DNA of 64,000 nucleotides from Candidatus Parcubacteria bacterium (lineage in GTDB: Bacteria; Patescibacteriota; Minisyncoccia; UBA6257; HR35): contig AP024681.1 in assembly GCA_025999335.1 (NCBI GenBank), positions 227,656-291,655 on the forward strand, read 5' to 3'. A program made the translations under genes and the position numbers. Within the stretch, counting starts at the first letter, position 1; each line of letters starts with the position of its first letter. The notes under the pieces are model-generated. The model had not been told where the DNA came from and did not search any database. It saw only the letters and a list, made by a program, of their open reading frames with translations. Below are positions 32,297-44,704 of this stretch, piece after piece.

Positions 32297-32792
32297 ACAA
32301 TTAATAATTTTTAATTTTATGACAATAAATAATCAAAAACATAAAGCACAAGTTTTACTCATCACCATCTTTATTCTAACCATTGCTTTAGTCGGTATGT
32401 TTTTTATTTTAAATCCAATAAAAATAAAGTTATTATCAATTCAAAATTTCGCCAATACCTATAAAGCCTACAATAATGCAATTAGCGGCTTAAATCTATA
32501 CACTCTGTGTATAAGTAGTGACGAAACATCAATGGAAAACTCTAGTGCTTGCGTTAATTTTATGTCTATCATAGAAACTTCAACAATAAATAATACTAGT
32601 TATTGTTACGAAAGCTACCTAAATAGCGGAACTTGCACAACCGCAACTATTCGCAGTACAGGAACTGATACTGATTTAAAATTTGAAATAAATGTTTACA
32701 AAATGCAAATCGTTTCTACTCGTACTATTTATAGACTTAGCTCAGGTGAATATAAGAATAACATAAAAAATATTCTTGAATACATAGAATAA
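32289..32792 (+). CDS. Membrane-anchored pilus-associated protein (PilX-like?), unknown
   Basis: N-terminal TM without a prepilin cleavage motif; last gene of the pilin run; Cys-containing. Confidence 0.3.
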   Translation: MNKQLIIFNFMTINNQKHKAQVLLITIFILTIALVGMFFILNPIKIKLLSIQNFANTYKAYNNAISGLNLYTLCISSDETSMENSSACVNFMSIIETSTINNTSYCYESYLNSGTCTTATIRSTGTDTDLKFEINVYKMQIVSTRTIYRLSSGEYKNNIKNILEYIE

Positions 32793-32922
32793 ATATTATT
32801 CATTAATTCTATTGTCTAATTACAAATAAGTTTTTTCTTAAGCATAAAATTGAGTAAAATATTAAAAAGCAAAGTTTTTTAGCTTGGTTTTATTATTATT
32901 ATTGAATTAATCAAATTAATAA

Positions 32923-35007
<2,085 letters not shown>

Positions 35008-35014
35008 TCTATCA

Positions 35015-35254
35015 ATGAAAGAAAATAAAACATTCCGCTATTCATCTTACGATATTGAACAATTGCAAAAAAGTTATGAGAATTTAAAAAAACTGCAAGC
35101 TTTAGCTCGAAAATATTGGCAACAAAAACAATACGAACAATATAAAAAAACACAACAAGAAATAGCCTTGCTTGAAGAAAGCATAAAAATCAAGGAAAAA
35201 TTAATTGAACAATATTTAAAAAATGCAGGAAAGAAAAAAGATCGAAACAATTAG
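35015..35254 (+). CDS. Small coiled-coil protein, unknown
   Basis: 79-aa K/E/Q-rich ORF. Confidence 0.25.
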   Translation: MKENKTFRYSSYDIEQLQKSYENLKKLQALARKYWQQKQYEQYKKTQQEIALLEESIKIKEKLIEQYLKNAGKKKDRNN

Positions 35255-35570
35255 ACGTCTTTCCGAAATCCTTAATAAAGTTAACAATCACAAAAATACT
35301 ATTATTACTATCACTGATATAATTATGCCTTCTAAAGGCGGAGTAATGACAATATATCTTAGCGTTTTTCCTGATAAAAATGAATTAAAAATTATTCAAT
35401 ATTTAAATGCCATAAATTTTAAAATTAAAAAAGAATGCTTAGCCACAATTCGCTTTCGTCATTTACCGCGAAAAATAATTTTTAAAACATCAAAAAGCAT
35501 TAAAGAAGGCGAGGAATTATTAAAATTAATCAATAATTTATCAATCAATGAACAAACAAAACAAACCTAA
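35223..35570 (+). CDS. rbfA: Ribosome-binding factor A-like
   Basis: RIETIRRLSEILNKV...ITITDIIMPSKGGVMTIYLSVF is an RbfA-like KH fold pattern. Confidence 0.45.
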   Translation: MQERKKIETIRRLSEILNKVNNHKNTIITITDIIMPSKGGVMTIYLSVFPDKNELKIIQYLNAINFKIKKECLATIRFRHLPRKIIFKTSKSIKEGEELLKLINNLSINEQTKQT

Positions 35571-35880
35571 AAGAAAAATAATTAGAAAAAAACAACACGG
35601 CGAAAAAATTGAAAAAATCGCTTGCGAATTATTAAAAAACTACAAATATTTAGTTTGGAAACCAATTCGCGTTAAATTTCATTCGCAAGATATTTTCGGC
35701 TTGTTTGATATTATTGCTTTAAATAAAAAAGAATTAAAATTAATTCAAGTACAAAAAGATAGAAAAAGACCTTATAAAATAAAGCAAATTTTTAAACTTC
35801 CCCAACCAAAAAAAATTAAATATGAGCTCTGGGTTTACAAAACCAATGAAAAAAAATTTAAAATTTATGATAAAATATAA
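35548..35880 (+). CDS. Hypothetical basic protein (possible YraN/UPF0102-like nuclease)
   Basis: FDIIALNKKELKLIQVQKDRK resembles the D-x-I-A...E-V-K core; weak. Confidence 0.2.
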   Translation: MNKQNKPKRKIIRKKQHGEKIEKIACELLKNYKYLVWKPIRVKFHSQDIFGLFDIIALNKKELKLIQVQKDRKRPYKIKQIFKLPQPKKIKYELWVYKTNEKKFKIYDKI

Positions 35881-35906
35881 AGTAAATTAATTTTCCTAAA
35901 TCAACA

Positions 35907-36263
35907 ATGACACATTTGTTAATTCAAAAAATAGAAAAAAAATATTTAAGAACAGACTTACCAGAAGTAGCGCCGGGCGATTATGTAAAAATCTGGCAAA
36001 AAATTAAAGACGCCAAAAAAGAAACCTTGCAAACTTTTCAAGGTATTATTATTGCTATCAAAGGAGGCAAAGGCGTTCGAAGAATGATAACTGTCAGAGG
36101 TGAGGCTGCTGGGCAAATGATTGAAAAAACTTATCCCTTTCATTCGCCTATTATTGATAAAATAAAGATCTTAAAAAAAGCTAAAACAAGAAGAGCGAAA
36201 TTATATTTTATTCGTAAATTACATCCTAAAGAAATACGCCGTAAACTAAAAATCACTATCTAA
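35907..36263 (+). CDS. rplS: 50S ribosomal protein L19
   Basis: 118 aa; PEVAPGDYVKIWQKIKDAKKETLQTFQGIIIAIKGGKG...RRMITVR matches L19. Confidence 0.8.
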   Translation: MTHLLIQKIEKKYLRTDLPEVAPGDYVKIWQKIKDAKKETLQTFQGIIIAIKGGKGVRRMITVRGEAAGQMIEKTYPFHSPIIDKIKILKKAKTRRAKLYFIRKLHPKEIRRKLKITI

Positions 36264-36943
36264 ATTTCTATTTTAAAATTTTTTAGAAAAGATAAACGGT
36301 GAATTTTGCTTATTCCCCATCGTTGTAATAAACAATAGTGCTCCTTTGTGCCATAACCTTTATTTTTTTCAAAAGCATAAAAAGGATATTTTTTGGCAAG
36401 ATTAATCATATATCGATCTCTTTTAACTTTAGCTAAAATTGAAGCACCGGCAATAGAACAAAAGCGCTGATCTCCTTTAGTATAATAAAAGGCATTTTTT
36501 AGATGTAAATTTTTAATCTTTAAACCATCAATTAATAAAATTTGAGGCTGAAAATAATTATAAATCTTTATTATTGCTTTAGTAAAAGCATTTTGGATAC
36601 CATATTTATCAATAATTTGATTATTAACCGAATATGTCTTATAGGGCAGTTTATATTTTTTAATTAAGCTAACAAAATAAAGACGTTGTTGTTGCGTTAA
36701 CAACTTCGAATCAAAAAAATAAATTTTGTGTTTTCTTAAAACTTTAATAACTGTTTTATCTATCATTAAACCACCCACAACCAAAGGTCCAGCAATAGCT
36801 CCCCTGCCAACTTCATCAATGGCAACTAAATTGTAAAAATTTTTATTCAAAAAATATTTTTCCCCAAGCCATAAAATTGTTTTTAAATTTTTCTTGGGTA
36901 AAATTTTAAAGATATGGAAAATTTTGTTCATTTGCATACCCAT
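36260..36943 (-). CDS. rnhB: Ribonuclease HII
   Basis: VAIDEVGRGAIAGPLVVGG (RNase HII DEVGRG motif). Confidence 0.8.
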   Translation of the reverse strand: MGMQMNKIFHIFKILPKKNLKTILWLGEKYFLNKNFYNLVAIDEVGRGAIAGPLVVGGLMIDKTVIKVLRKHKIYFFDSKLLTQQQRLYFVSLIKKYKLPYKTYSVNNQIIDKYGIQNAFTKAIIKIYNYFQPQILLIDGLKIKNLHLKNAFYYTKGDQRFCSIAGASILAKVKRDRYMINLAKKYPFYAFEKNKGYGTKEHYCLLQRWGISKIHRLSFLKNFKIEI

Positions 36944-39900
36944 TCACATTATAGCTTATTAGATGGATTGTCCAAAATTGATGGTTTGATTAATAAAGCC
37001 AAGGAATGTGGATACGAAGCTCTAGCTCTTACTGATCATGGCAATTTGTATGGTGCCATTGAATTCTATAAAAAAGCTAAAAAAAATAATCTCAAGCCAA
37101 TCATTGGTGTTGAGATGTATCTAGCGCCTTATAAATTAACTGACAAAGAGAAAAAAATAGATTCTCGCAGTTTTCACTTAACAATTCTAGCTAAAAACAA
37201 TGAGGGCTACAAAAACCTTTTAAAATTAGTCTCAATCGCTTGGCTCGAAGGCTTTTATTACAAACCACGAATTGATAAAGAAACCCTAAGACAATATAGC
37301 CAAGGTTTAATATGTTTATCGGGTTGTCCCAGCGGTGAAATTCCAAGATTAATTTTAAATAACAAATATGAAGAAAGTAAAAAAGTAGCTCTATTCTTTA
37401 AAACAATATTTAACGATGATTTCTATTTGGAAGTAAATTATCACCCCAATTTAGAAAATGCTAAAAAACTAAAAGATGGTTTATTACGCTTAAGCAAAGA
37501 AACAAACATTCCCTTGGTAGCAACGTATGATAGCCATTATTTAAATCATGAAGACAATAAAATTCATGATATTTTCTTAGCCATTCAAACAGGCAAAGAT
37601 ATTGAAGAAACGGAAAGATTAACAATGAAAGATGATGATTTTTCTTTTGCTGACAAAGATACAATTAATAAACTGTATGCTGATATTCCTGAAGCTATGC
37701 GTAATACCGTCAAAATTGCTGAACAAGTGTCTTTAGAAATAGAATTGAACAAACCTAAAATGCCTTTTTATCCATTGCCTGACAATGAAACTGCAGATTC
37801 TTATCTAAAAAAATTGTGCTTAAGTGGAATAAATAAAAGAAATATAACAATGGATGATAATGTTAAACAAAGATTAGAAACGGAATTAAAAATTATTGAA
37901 ATAACCAAATTTGCTTCCTATTTTTTGGTTGTTAGCGATATTGTTAATTTTGCTAAAAATAATAATTTGTCTGTTGGTCCGGGCAGGGGTTCTGTTTCTG
38001 GAAGTTTAGTAGCTTATTTACTTAATATTACCGATATTAACCCTCTAAAATATGGCTTGCTATTTGAACGTTTTTTAACTCCTGACAGGATTGAATTCCC
38101 CGATATTGACATTGATTTCTCTGACACAAAAAGAAGCCAAGTCTTTAATTATCTTAAAAATAAATATGGCAAAGACAAAGTAGCGCAAATTATTACTTTT
38201 GGAAAAATGGCATCAAGGGCAGCTGTTCGCGATGCTGGCAGAGCTTTAGGTTACTCTTTTAGCGTTGTTGATAAATTAGCGAGATTAATACCTGCAAATA
38301 TGCCTTTAAACGAAGCTAAAAAATTAAATGATGTGACAAAATTATTAAAAAATGAACCTTTCTATAAGCAAATTATTGAAACCGCCGAAAAATTAGAAGG
38401 CACAATAAGACACGCTTCAGTTCATGCCTGTGGTTTAGTTATCACGCCTACTACTTTAACAGATTACTTACCTCTTCAATTTGCTCCTAATGAAACTCAA
38501 ACAATCATCTCTCAATATGATATGTACTCTGTCAATGAATTAGGTTTATTAAAAATGGATATTCTGGGTTTAAAAACTCTTTCAATTATTGAAGATACAA
38601 AAAGAATTATTTACGAACGCAAACAAGAAAATGTTAATTTTAATGATGAATTTAATGATAAAGCTACTTTTGATTTATTAAAAAAAGGCTATACTAAAGG
38701 TATTTTTCAATTAGAAGGTAGAGGTATGACACGTTATTTACAACAAATCCAACCAGAAAGAATTGAAGATTTAGTCAGTTTGATTGCTTTATATCGTCCT
38801 GGTCCTATGGAACTAATACCTTCCTATATTCGCAGAAAACAAGGCAAAGAAAAAATAGAATATCCTCATCCTTCACTAGAACCAATTCTCAAAGAAACCT
38901 TTGGCATAATGGTCTACCAAGAACAGTTAATGCAAATGGCTCAAAAATTAGCTAACTATTCTCCCACAGAAGCTGATGTTTTACGCAAAGCTGTAGGAAA
39001 AAAAATAAAACAATTATTGATTAATGAAATAAATAAATTAAAAACAAAAATGATTGATAATGGTATTGATCAAAAAACAGCTGAACAAATAGCCAATTTA
39101 GTTGAACCCTTTGCAAGATATGGTTTTAACAAAAGTCACGCTGTTGCCTATGCCATAATGGGTTATTACACAGCTTATCTAAAAACACATTATACTATTG
39201 AATTTATAACTGCTTGTTTAATTCACAATGCTAAAGATATTGATAAAATTAAATCTTTTCTTGATGATTGTAAAAATTATGGGATTAATATTTTACCGCC
39301 AAGCATTAATGAAAGCAATTATCATTTTACTATTATTAATGATAAGACTATTAGATTTGGTTTAGGTTCTATAAAAAATGTCGGCGAACCTTTGATTAAA
39401 TTTATTGAACAAGAAAGAAAAAATAACGGACCTTATAAAAATTTACTTGATTTTATAAATAGAATTAAATTTAAAGATCTCAACAAAAAAAGTTTAGAAA
39501 GCTTAATCAAAGCAGGCGCCTTTGACGATTTCTATCCCCGACAATTATTAATAGCCAATTTAGATTATATAATTGATTTTATCCAAAAAAATAAAAACAT
39601 TAATCATCACAATTCTTTATTCGGCGTGCAAAATGATTTATCTTTAAAAGAAACAAAGCCCATCGATAAATTACAAATATTACAATGGGAAAAAGAATTG
39701 TTAGGCTTATACATTTCCGGACATCCGTTTGAAAATTTTCAAAATATATTTAAACATAACGGCGTAAAAAATATAAACGAAGTCCGCAATGCTCTAGAAG
39801 GAACGAAAATTGCAACAGCTGGAGTTTTAACAAATCTTGTTAGAAAAATAACTAAAGCAAAAGAACCTATAGCTTACGGAGAATTAGAAGATTTAAATAG

Positions 39901-40102
39901 TAACATTGAGATTGTTTTTTTCCCTAAAATCTATGAACAATATTTTGATAAACTAACCGAAGGTAAAATATACTATATTGTTGGCACTGTGCGACAGCGA
40001 GATAATAAAAGCGTAATTTTCGTTGATTTAGCTAAAGACATAACCAATATGCGTCATAATAATAAAAATGTCAACTCGCAAACATCGGTAAAATTACAAT
40101 AA
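36914..40102 (+). CDS. dnaE: DNA polymerase III alpha subunit
   Basis: PHP domain start FVHLHTHSHYSLLDG; 1062 aa; polymerase core (GPGRGSVSGSLVAYLL...FPDIDIDF). Confidence 0.9.
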   Translation: MENFVHLHTHSHYSLLDGLSKIDGLINKAKECGYEALALTDHGNLYGAIEFYKKAKKNNLKPIIGVEMYLAPYKLTDKEKKIDSRSFHLTILAKNNEGYKNLLKLVSIAWLEGFYYKPRIDKETLRQYSQGLICLSGCPSGEIPRLILNNKYEESKKVALFFKTIFNDDFYLEVNYHPNLENAKKLKDGLLRLSKETNIPLVATYDSHYLNHEDNKIHDIFLAIQTGKDIEETERLTMKDDDFSFADKDTINKLYADIPEAMRNTVKIAEQVSLEIELNKPKMPFYPLPDNETADSYLKKLCLSGINKRNITMDDNVKQRLETELKIIEITKFASYFLVVSDIVNFAKNNNLSVGPGRGSVSGSLVAYLLNITDINPLKYGLLFERFLTPDRIEFPDIDIDFSDTKRSQVFNYLKNKYGKDKVAQIITFGKMASRAAVRDAGRALGYSFSVVDKLARLIPANMPLNEAKKLNDVTKLLKNEPFYKQIIETAEKLEGTIRHASVHACGLVITPTTLTDYLPLQFAPNETQTIISQYDMYSVNELGLLKMDILGLKTLSIIEDTKRIIYERKQENVNFNDEFNDKATFDLLKKGYTKGIFQLEGRGMTRYLQQIQPERIEDLVSLIALYRPGPMELIPSYIRRKQGKEKIEYPHPSLEPILKETFGIMVYQEQLMQMAQKLANYSPTEADVLRKAVGKKIKQLLINEINKLKTKMIDNGIDQKTAEQIANLVEPFARYGFNKSHAVAYAIMGYYTAYLKTHYTIEFITACLIHNAKDIDKIKSFLDDCKNYGINILPPSINESNYHFTIINDKTIRFGLGSIKNVGEPLIKFIEQERKNNGPYKNLLDFINRIKFKDLNKKSLESLIKAGAFDDFYPRQLLIANLDYIIDFIQKNKNINHHNSLFGVQNDLSLKETKPIDKLQILQWEKELLGLYISGHPFENFQNIFKHNGVKNINEVRNALEGTKIATAGVLTNLVRKITKAKEPIAYGELEDLNSNIEIVFFPKIYEQYFDKLTEGKIYYIVGTVRQRDNKSVIFVDLAKDITNMRHNNKNVNSQTSVKLQ

Positions 40103-40106
40103 TTAA

Positions 40107-40649
40107 ATGCGTCTTTTTCTTGCTTTTGATTTAGACCAAAAAGACAAAGATCGACTAAAACTTACTCTTCATAAAATAAAAAAAGATTTTCCTTTAGAAA
40201 AATGGATCCCTGAAGAAAATTGGCATTTAACTTTAGCTTTTTTAGGTAATATTTACGATGATGAAACTATTAAGCAATTAGCATCATTATTGCAAATTGT
40301 ATCAAAAAAACAACCAACAATTACCACTACTATCTATAAAATTGATTTTGCCCCACCGCAAACTATCGTCAAAAGAATGATATGGGCATATCTTAAAAAC
40401 ACTGAAGAATTAGAGAATATATACCAAAAGATTAAAACCTCTTTAAACAAGATGAACATTCAACAAATAAGTCAGAATAATTTTCTACCTCATATCAATC
40501 TTGTGCGTTTACAAAAAACTTATAAAAATAAACAATTAAATCAGCAAACTAATATTAACATTACCCTTCAAACAATAACTCTTTATCAATCAATTCTCAG
40601 ACCTGAAGGAGCTAAATATGTACCCTTAAGCTCTGCAAAATTAAATTAA
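40107..40649 (+). CDS. thpR: RNA 2',3'-cyclic phosphodiesterase (2H family, LigT/ThpR)
   Basis: Two H-x-T/S-x motifs (HLTLAFLG and HINLVRL). Confidence 0.6.
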   Translation: MRLFLAFDLDQKDKDRLKLTLHKIKKDFPLEKWIPEENWHLTLAFLGNIYDDETIKQLASLLQIVSKKQPTITTTIYKIDFAPPQTIVKRMIWAYLKNTEELENIYQKIKTSLNKMNIQQISQNNFLPHINLVRLQKTYKNKQLNQQTNINITLQTITLYQSILRPEGAKYVPLSSAKLN

Positions 40650-41776
40650 AAATGTTTCACTGTTTTAAGTGAATAAATTTTATCTTCGAAACTTTGAATC
40701 TCAGAAAAAATTTTATTTTCAAGCTTAATAACTTCATTAATTTTTGCTTTAGTTTTAACTTTTCTAGGGGTAAACAAATTACAACAATCATCGCCTTTTA
40801 TTAAAGAAATTTGCCCCGTACCAATTTTAAATGCTAAATCAATAATTTCTTGTTTATTGTAACCAATTAAAGGTCGAAGAACCAAAGCAGAGCTTGCTTG
40901 ACTAATAACTGATAAATTATCAATTGTCTGAGAGGCAACTTGACCCAAACTTTCACCGGTAATTAAAACATTCATTTTTAAATCGTGCATTAATCTTAAA
41001 GCTAAACGCATCATTGTTCGCCGATAAAAAATAATTAAAAATTCCAAAGGTATGTTTTGATAATAAAATTTTTGAATCTCTAAAATATTCATTAAAAACA
41101 AAGAAGAGCGTAAATTATATTGATTTAAAACAGTTACCAATTGTTCAACTTTTTCTAAACTATCCTTAGATGTTTGTGGATAACTATGAAAGTGGATAAA
41201 ATTTAATCTTAAACCTCGTTTCATCATTAAAAAAGATGCTACTGGCGAATCAAAACCAGCAGACAAAAGAGCTAAGCCTTTACCACTTGAACCTACAGGC
41301 AAACCCCCGAAACATTTATATTTCTGAAAACCTAAAAAAAATTTATTAGAACGATATTCGATAAAAAAAACATTACTGCTAGCCTTATTGAAAACTATAT
41401 TTCTTGTTTTTTTTAAATTGCCAATAATTTCATTTTTAATCTCTATGGAGTTTAAATGATATTGTTTGTTACCACGTTTAACCTCAAGATAAAAATCAAC
41501 ATAATTAGCTAACATTTTTTCTAAACCAGCAATTAGATCAGACAAATTATCAAAAATAAGCACAGGCATAAAGTAATTAATGCCGATAATATCTTTTAAT
41601 AAATTAGAAATGTCTTTTTTAGCTCTTAACCAAAAAACACCTCCTAAATTTTTTATAAAATCTATATTATCTTTTTTAAGCTTATAAAAGAGATTTGATA
41701 ATAATATTTTCTCAAAAAAAGATCTGTTTTTCCCTTTTAAAATAAGTTCACCGCTTTTAAGTAAATAATCAAACAT
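40646..41776 (-). CDS. thiI: tRNA 4-thiouridine synthase ThiI (THUMP + PP-loop)
   Basis: PP-loop SGGFDSPVA; 376 aa. Confidence 0.7.
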   Translation of the reverse strand: MFDYLLKSGELILKGKNRSFFEKILLSNLFYKLKKDNIDFIKNLGGVFWLRAKKDISNLLKDIIGINYFMPVLIFDNLSDLIAGLEKMLANYVDFYLEVKRGNKQYHLNSIEIKNEIIGNLKKTRNIVFNKASSNVFFIEYRSNKFFLGFQKYKCFGGLPVGSSGKGLALLSAGFDSPVASFLMMKRGLRLNFIHFHSYPQTSKDSLEKVEQLVTVLNQYNLRSSLFLMNILEIQKFYYQNIPLEFLIIFYRRTMMRLALRLMHDLKMNVLITGESLGQVASQTIDNLSVISQASSALVLRPLIGYNKQEIIDLAFKIGTGQISLIKGDDCCNLFTPRKVKTKAKINEVIKLENKIFSEIQSFEDKIYSLKTVKHF

Positions 41777-41785
41777 CGGTTATTA

Positions 41786-43066
41786 TTATAAATTTGTGAT
41801 TAATTTTTCTCGTAAAGACCTATGATATTTTAAAGCTAAATTATGAGCTTTTTTGTCAAGAAGAATAAAAAAATTACGTAAATCAACATTGTCTTTTAAT
41901 AATAATGATTGTAAATGATTATCTTTATAAAAATAAATAATCTCTTTTGGTTTAGCCAAAGATATTACTTGAAGACGATCCATAAGATTCTTTTCGTTAA
42001 CAGCTTGACGAGCTTTGTTTAATTGATCAATGCCACCGTCTATAAGAATAAGATCCGGATATCCCCATTCTTTATGAGCTAATCTTCGCAAAACTACATA
42101 ATAAATGCTTAAAGCATCGTAAACTTTTGTCAAATTGATTTTAAATTTTCTTAATAGATTAGACTTATAAAAACCATCGATAAAAGTAACAAAAGCAGCT
42201 ACAGTGTCTTTGCCAGCAAAATGAGAAACATCAACAACTTCAATATGGCGAGGAAAATTGGTTATGCCTAAAACATTTTTTATCTTAAGTAAAATTTTAT
42301 AATTTTGGTGTTCTGCTAAAAGACTATCAGCGTCTTTAATAAAATTAATATTATTTTCTATCTTTTTTAAAGATAAATAAATTTTTTTTAATTGATAAGC
42401 TTTTTCTAAGTCATTAACCTTAAGCTTTAGATCAATTTCTTTTAAAATTTTTTTCTTTAAAAACTCCAATCTACCATTTAAAACATTTTTAATCATCTTT
42501 AAATAAAAGAAATATAATTTTTTATTATTTTTATTAATTTCTTTAGTTTTGCCAAAACAACAAAAACCCAAACATAAACCTAAAGAAGCATTTAAACATT
42601 GACGTTGATGTTGATTAAGACAAGTACAAAAAGGAATTTCAGTCCTTATTAACTTTAATAAAGCCCTTAAAGAACTACCATCAATAAAAGGACCGAAAAT
42701 AGAGGAATAACGCCATTTTTCTGGTTGATGAACAATAAGAATTTTGGGATATAAATCATCTGTAAAAATAACATAAAAATACTTAGAATCATCTTTTAAT
42801 AATTGATTATAAACAGGATTAAATTTTTTAATAAGAGCACTTTCTTTTAAAAAAGCTTCAAATTCATTTTTAGTTACCAAATATTCTAAATCACAACTTT
42901 CGTTTAATAATTTAATAATTTTAGGAGATTTTGTTTGATAATGTTGTTTAATGCGTTTACGAATATTTTTTGCTTTACCAATATAAAGCACTTTACCTTG
43001 TTGATCTTTAAAAATATAAACGCCACAATTTTCTGGTAATTTTTGCCAATTTATTTGACTAATCAT
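41786..43066 (-). CDS. uvrC: UvrC-like excinuclease (GIY-YIG + endonuclease domain; short, lacks HhH region)
   Basis: GIY-YIG (GVYIFKDQQGKVLYIGKAKNIRKR), Cys cluster, C-terminal PDLILIDGG...AHNLALKYHR UvrC endonuclease motif; only 426 aa. Confidence 0.6.
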   Translation of the reverse strand: MISQINWQKLPENCGVYIFKDQQGKVLYIGKAKNIRKRIKQHYQTKSPKIIKLLNESCDLEYLVTKNEFEAFLKESALIKKFNPVYNQLLKDDSKYFYVIFTDDLYPKILIVHQPEKWRYSSIFGPFIDGSSLRALLKLIRTEIPFCTCLNQHQRQCLNASLGLCLGFCCFGKTKEINKNNKKLYFFYLKMIKNVLNGRLEFLKKKILKEIDLKLKVNDLEKAYQLKKIYLSLKKIENNINFIKDADSLLAEHQNYKILLKIKNVLGITNFPRHIEVVDVSHFAGKDTVAAFVTFIDGFYKSNLLRKFKINLTKVYDALSIYYVVLRRLAHKEWGYPDLILIDGGIDQLNKARQAVNEKNLMDRLQVISLAKPKEIIYFYKDNHLQSLLLKDNVDLRNFFILLDKKAHNLALKYHRSLREKLITNL

Positions 43067-43076
43067 TTTATAGAGA

Positions 43077-44642
43077 TTAAAAAAATTTTAATAAACTTCT
43101 ACCTGTAAATGATGGCGGTTGTTTAATGCCAAAAATATCGAGGATAGTTGGCGCTATGTCAACCAAAGAGCCTAAAATTTTTTTTGAATAAAAAGATAAT
43201 TCTATTTTATTTTTTTCTTTTTTTCGTTGTAAATCTAGGCAATAAAAAGGTACAGGATTGTCTGTATGAACAGTATGCTTTTCTCCGGTTAATAAATCAA
43301 TCATTTTTTCAACATTGCCATGATCAGAAGTTATTATTAAAACATAAGGAGATTTTTGCAATGTTTCATAAACATAACCTAAATACTCATCAAGAAAATT
43401 TAAAAAATTAATTGCCCATTGAAAATTACCGCTATGACCTATGATGTCTAAAGCTGAAATACTAGTTAAGATAAAATCAAAATTACCTTCTTTAATACTT
43501 AAAACCATTGAATCTAATATTTCTTTGCTTTTACTTGTAAGTTCTTCTAAGGTTTTAGCATGCGATAAATCAGGAAATATTTTAAAAACTTCACCAGGGT
43601 GTTCTTCTTCAATAAAACCATTAAAATAATATCTTAAAATCATATCTTTACTTTCGTCGGCAAATTTAATTTGACTTAATTTATGTTCTGCTAAAATTTT
43701 CGATAAATTACTTATTATCTTTTGCTCCTCAAAAATAACCGGGTAATCAACATTTTCTAAATATTTTGTTAAAGAAGCTATATATAAATTATTGCGCTTA
43801 GGCCTATTAAAAAACTGAAAGTCGGGATTTAAAAAAGCGTTTGCTAATTGAAAAATAGCTTTATTTTCAAAATGAAAAAAAAGTATCGCATCGCCATCTT
43901 TTATATAACCGTCTTTATTAAGCAAAATAGGTTCTAATAAAGCGTCAGAAAAAGTAGGATCTTGATACTTTTGTTCTAAAAAAACAAAGGGGTCATCAAC
44001 AAATAATCCATTACCTGTTACTATTAACAAAAAAGCTCTTTGTGTCTTTAAAGCATAATCTCCTGATTCATCTAAAGCGTAATAACGTCCACATAACGAA
44101 GCCAAATGATAAGAATATTTTTTATCTATTAAATACTGCTGTAAATTTTTTAGCAAAGACAAGGCTGATTTCGGCGGCGCTTCAAAGCCATCAGTAAACA
44201 GATGTAAAAAAACATTTTGTAAATTATTAGTTTTAGCTGCTTCCAAAATAGCATATAAATGATTTAAAGATGATTTTGTGTAACTTTCGCTTATTAAACC
44301 GATAAGATGCAATCGCGAATTAAAATTACGACAGTGATTAAACACATTAATAAGATTAGGATTTTTAAAAAAATCGCCGCGCTCAATACTTAAATTAATT
44401 CTGGGGAAATTCTCAAAATAAACTTCGCCTGTTCCCATGGTTAAATAACCATTTTCGCACGAACCAGGCATATTATGATAAAGACCCACAGAAATACCCG
44501 AAGCCGCCAAAAGACCAAAAGGAAAGTTTTTTTTAAAAAAATTAAAATTTGTTCCTTTTATAAATCGCAAAGGATTAGCAATGTTCAATTCTTTTTCGCC
44601 TAAACCATCTAAAATTAATAAACATACTTTTTTATCAATCAT
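43077..44642 (-). CDS. gpmI: 2,3-bisphosphoglycerate-independent phosphoglycerate mutase
   Basis: 521 aa; metal-site motifs LLILDGLG, TSDHGN, SFTGRS. Confidence 0.7.
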   Translation of the reverse strand: MIDKKVCLLILDGLGEKELNIANPLRFIKGTNFNFFKKNFPFGLLAASGISVGLYHNMPGSCENGYLTMGTGEVYFENFPRINLSIERGDFFKNPNLINVFNHCRNFNSRLHLIGLISESYTKSSLNHLYAILEAAKTNNLQNVFLHLFTDGFEAPPKSALSLLKNLQQYLIDKKYSYHLASLCGRYYALDESGDYALKTQRAFLLIVTGNGLFVDDPFVFLEQKYQDPTFSDALLEPILLNKDGYIKDGDAILFFHFENKAIFQLANAFLNPDFQFFNRPKRNNLYIASLTKYLENVDYPVIFEEQKIISNLSKILAEHKLSQIKFADESKDMILRYYFNGFIEEEHPGEVFKIFPDLSHAKTLEELTSKSKEILDSMVLSIKEGNFDFILTSISALDIIGHSGNFQWAINFLNFLDEYLGYVYETLQKSPYVLIITSDHGNVEKMIDLLTGEKHTVHTDNPVPFYCLDLQRKKEKNKIELSFYSKKILGSLVDIAPTILDIFGIKQPPSFTGRSLLKFF

Positions 44643-44704
44643 CTGATAAAATTATTATAATAAAAAACGGTCTTTAGTTAAAATATCGCTTAAATTTATT
44701 AACA

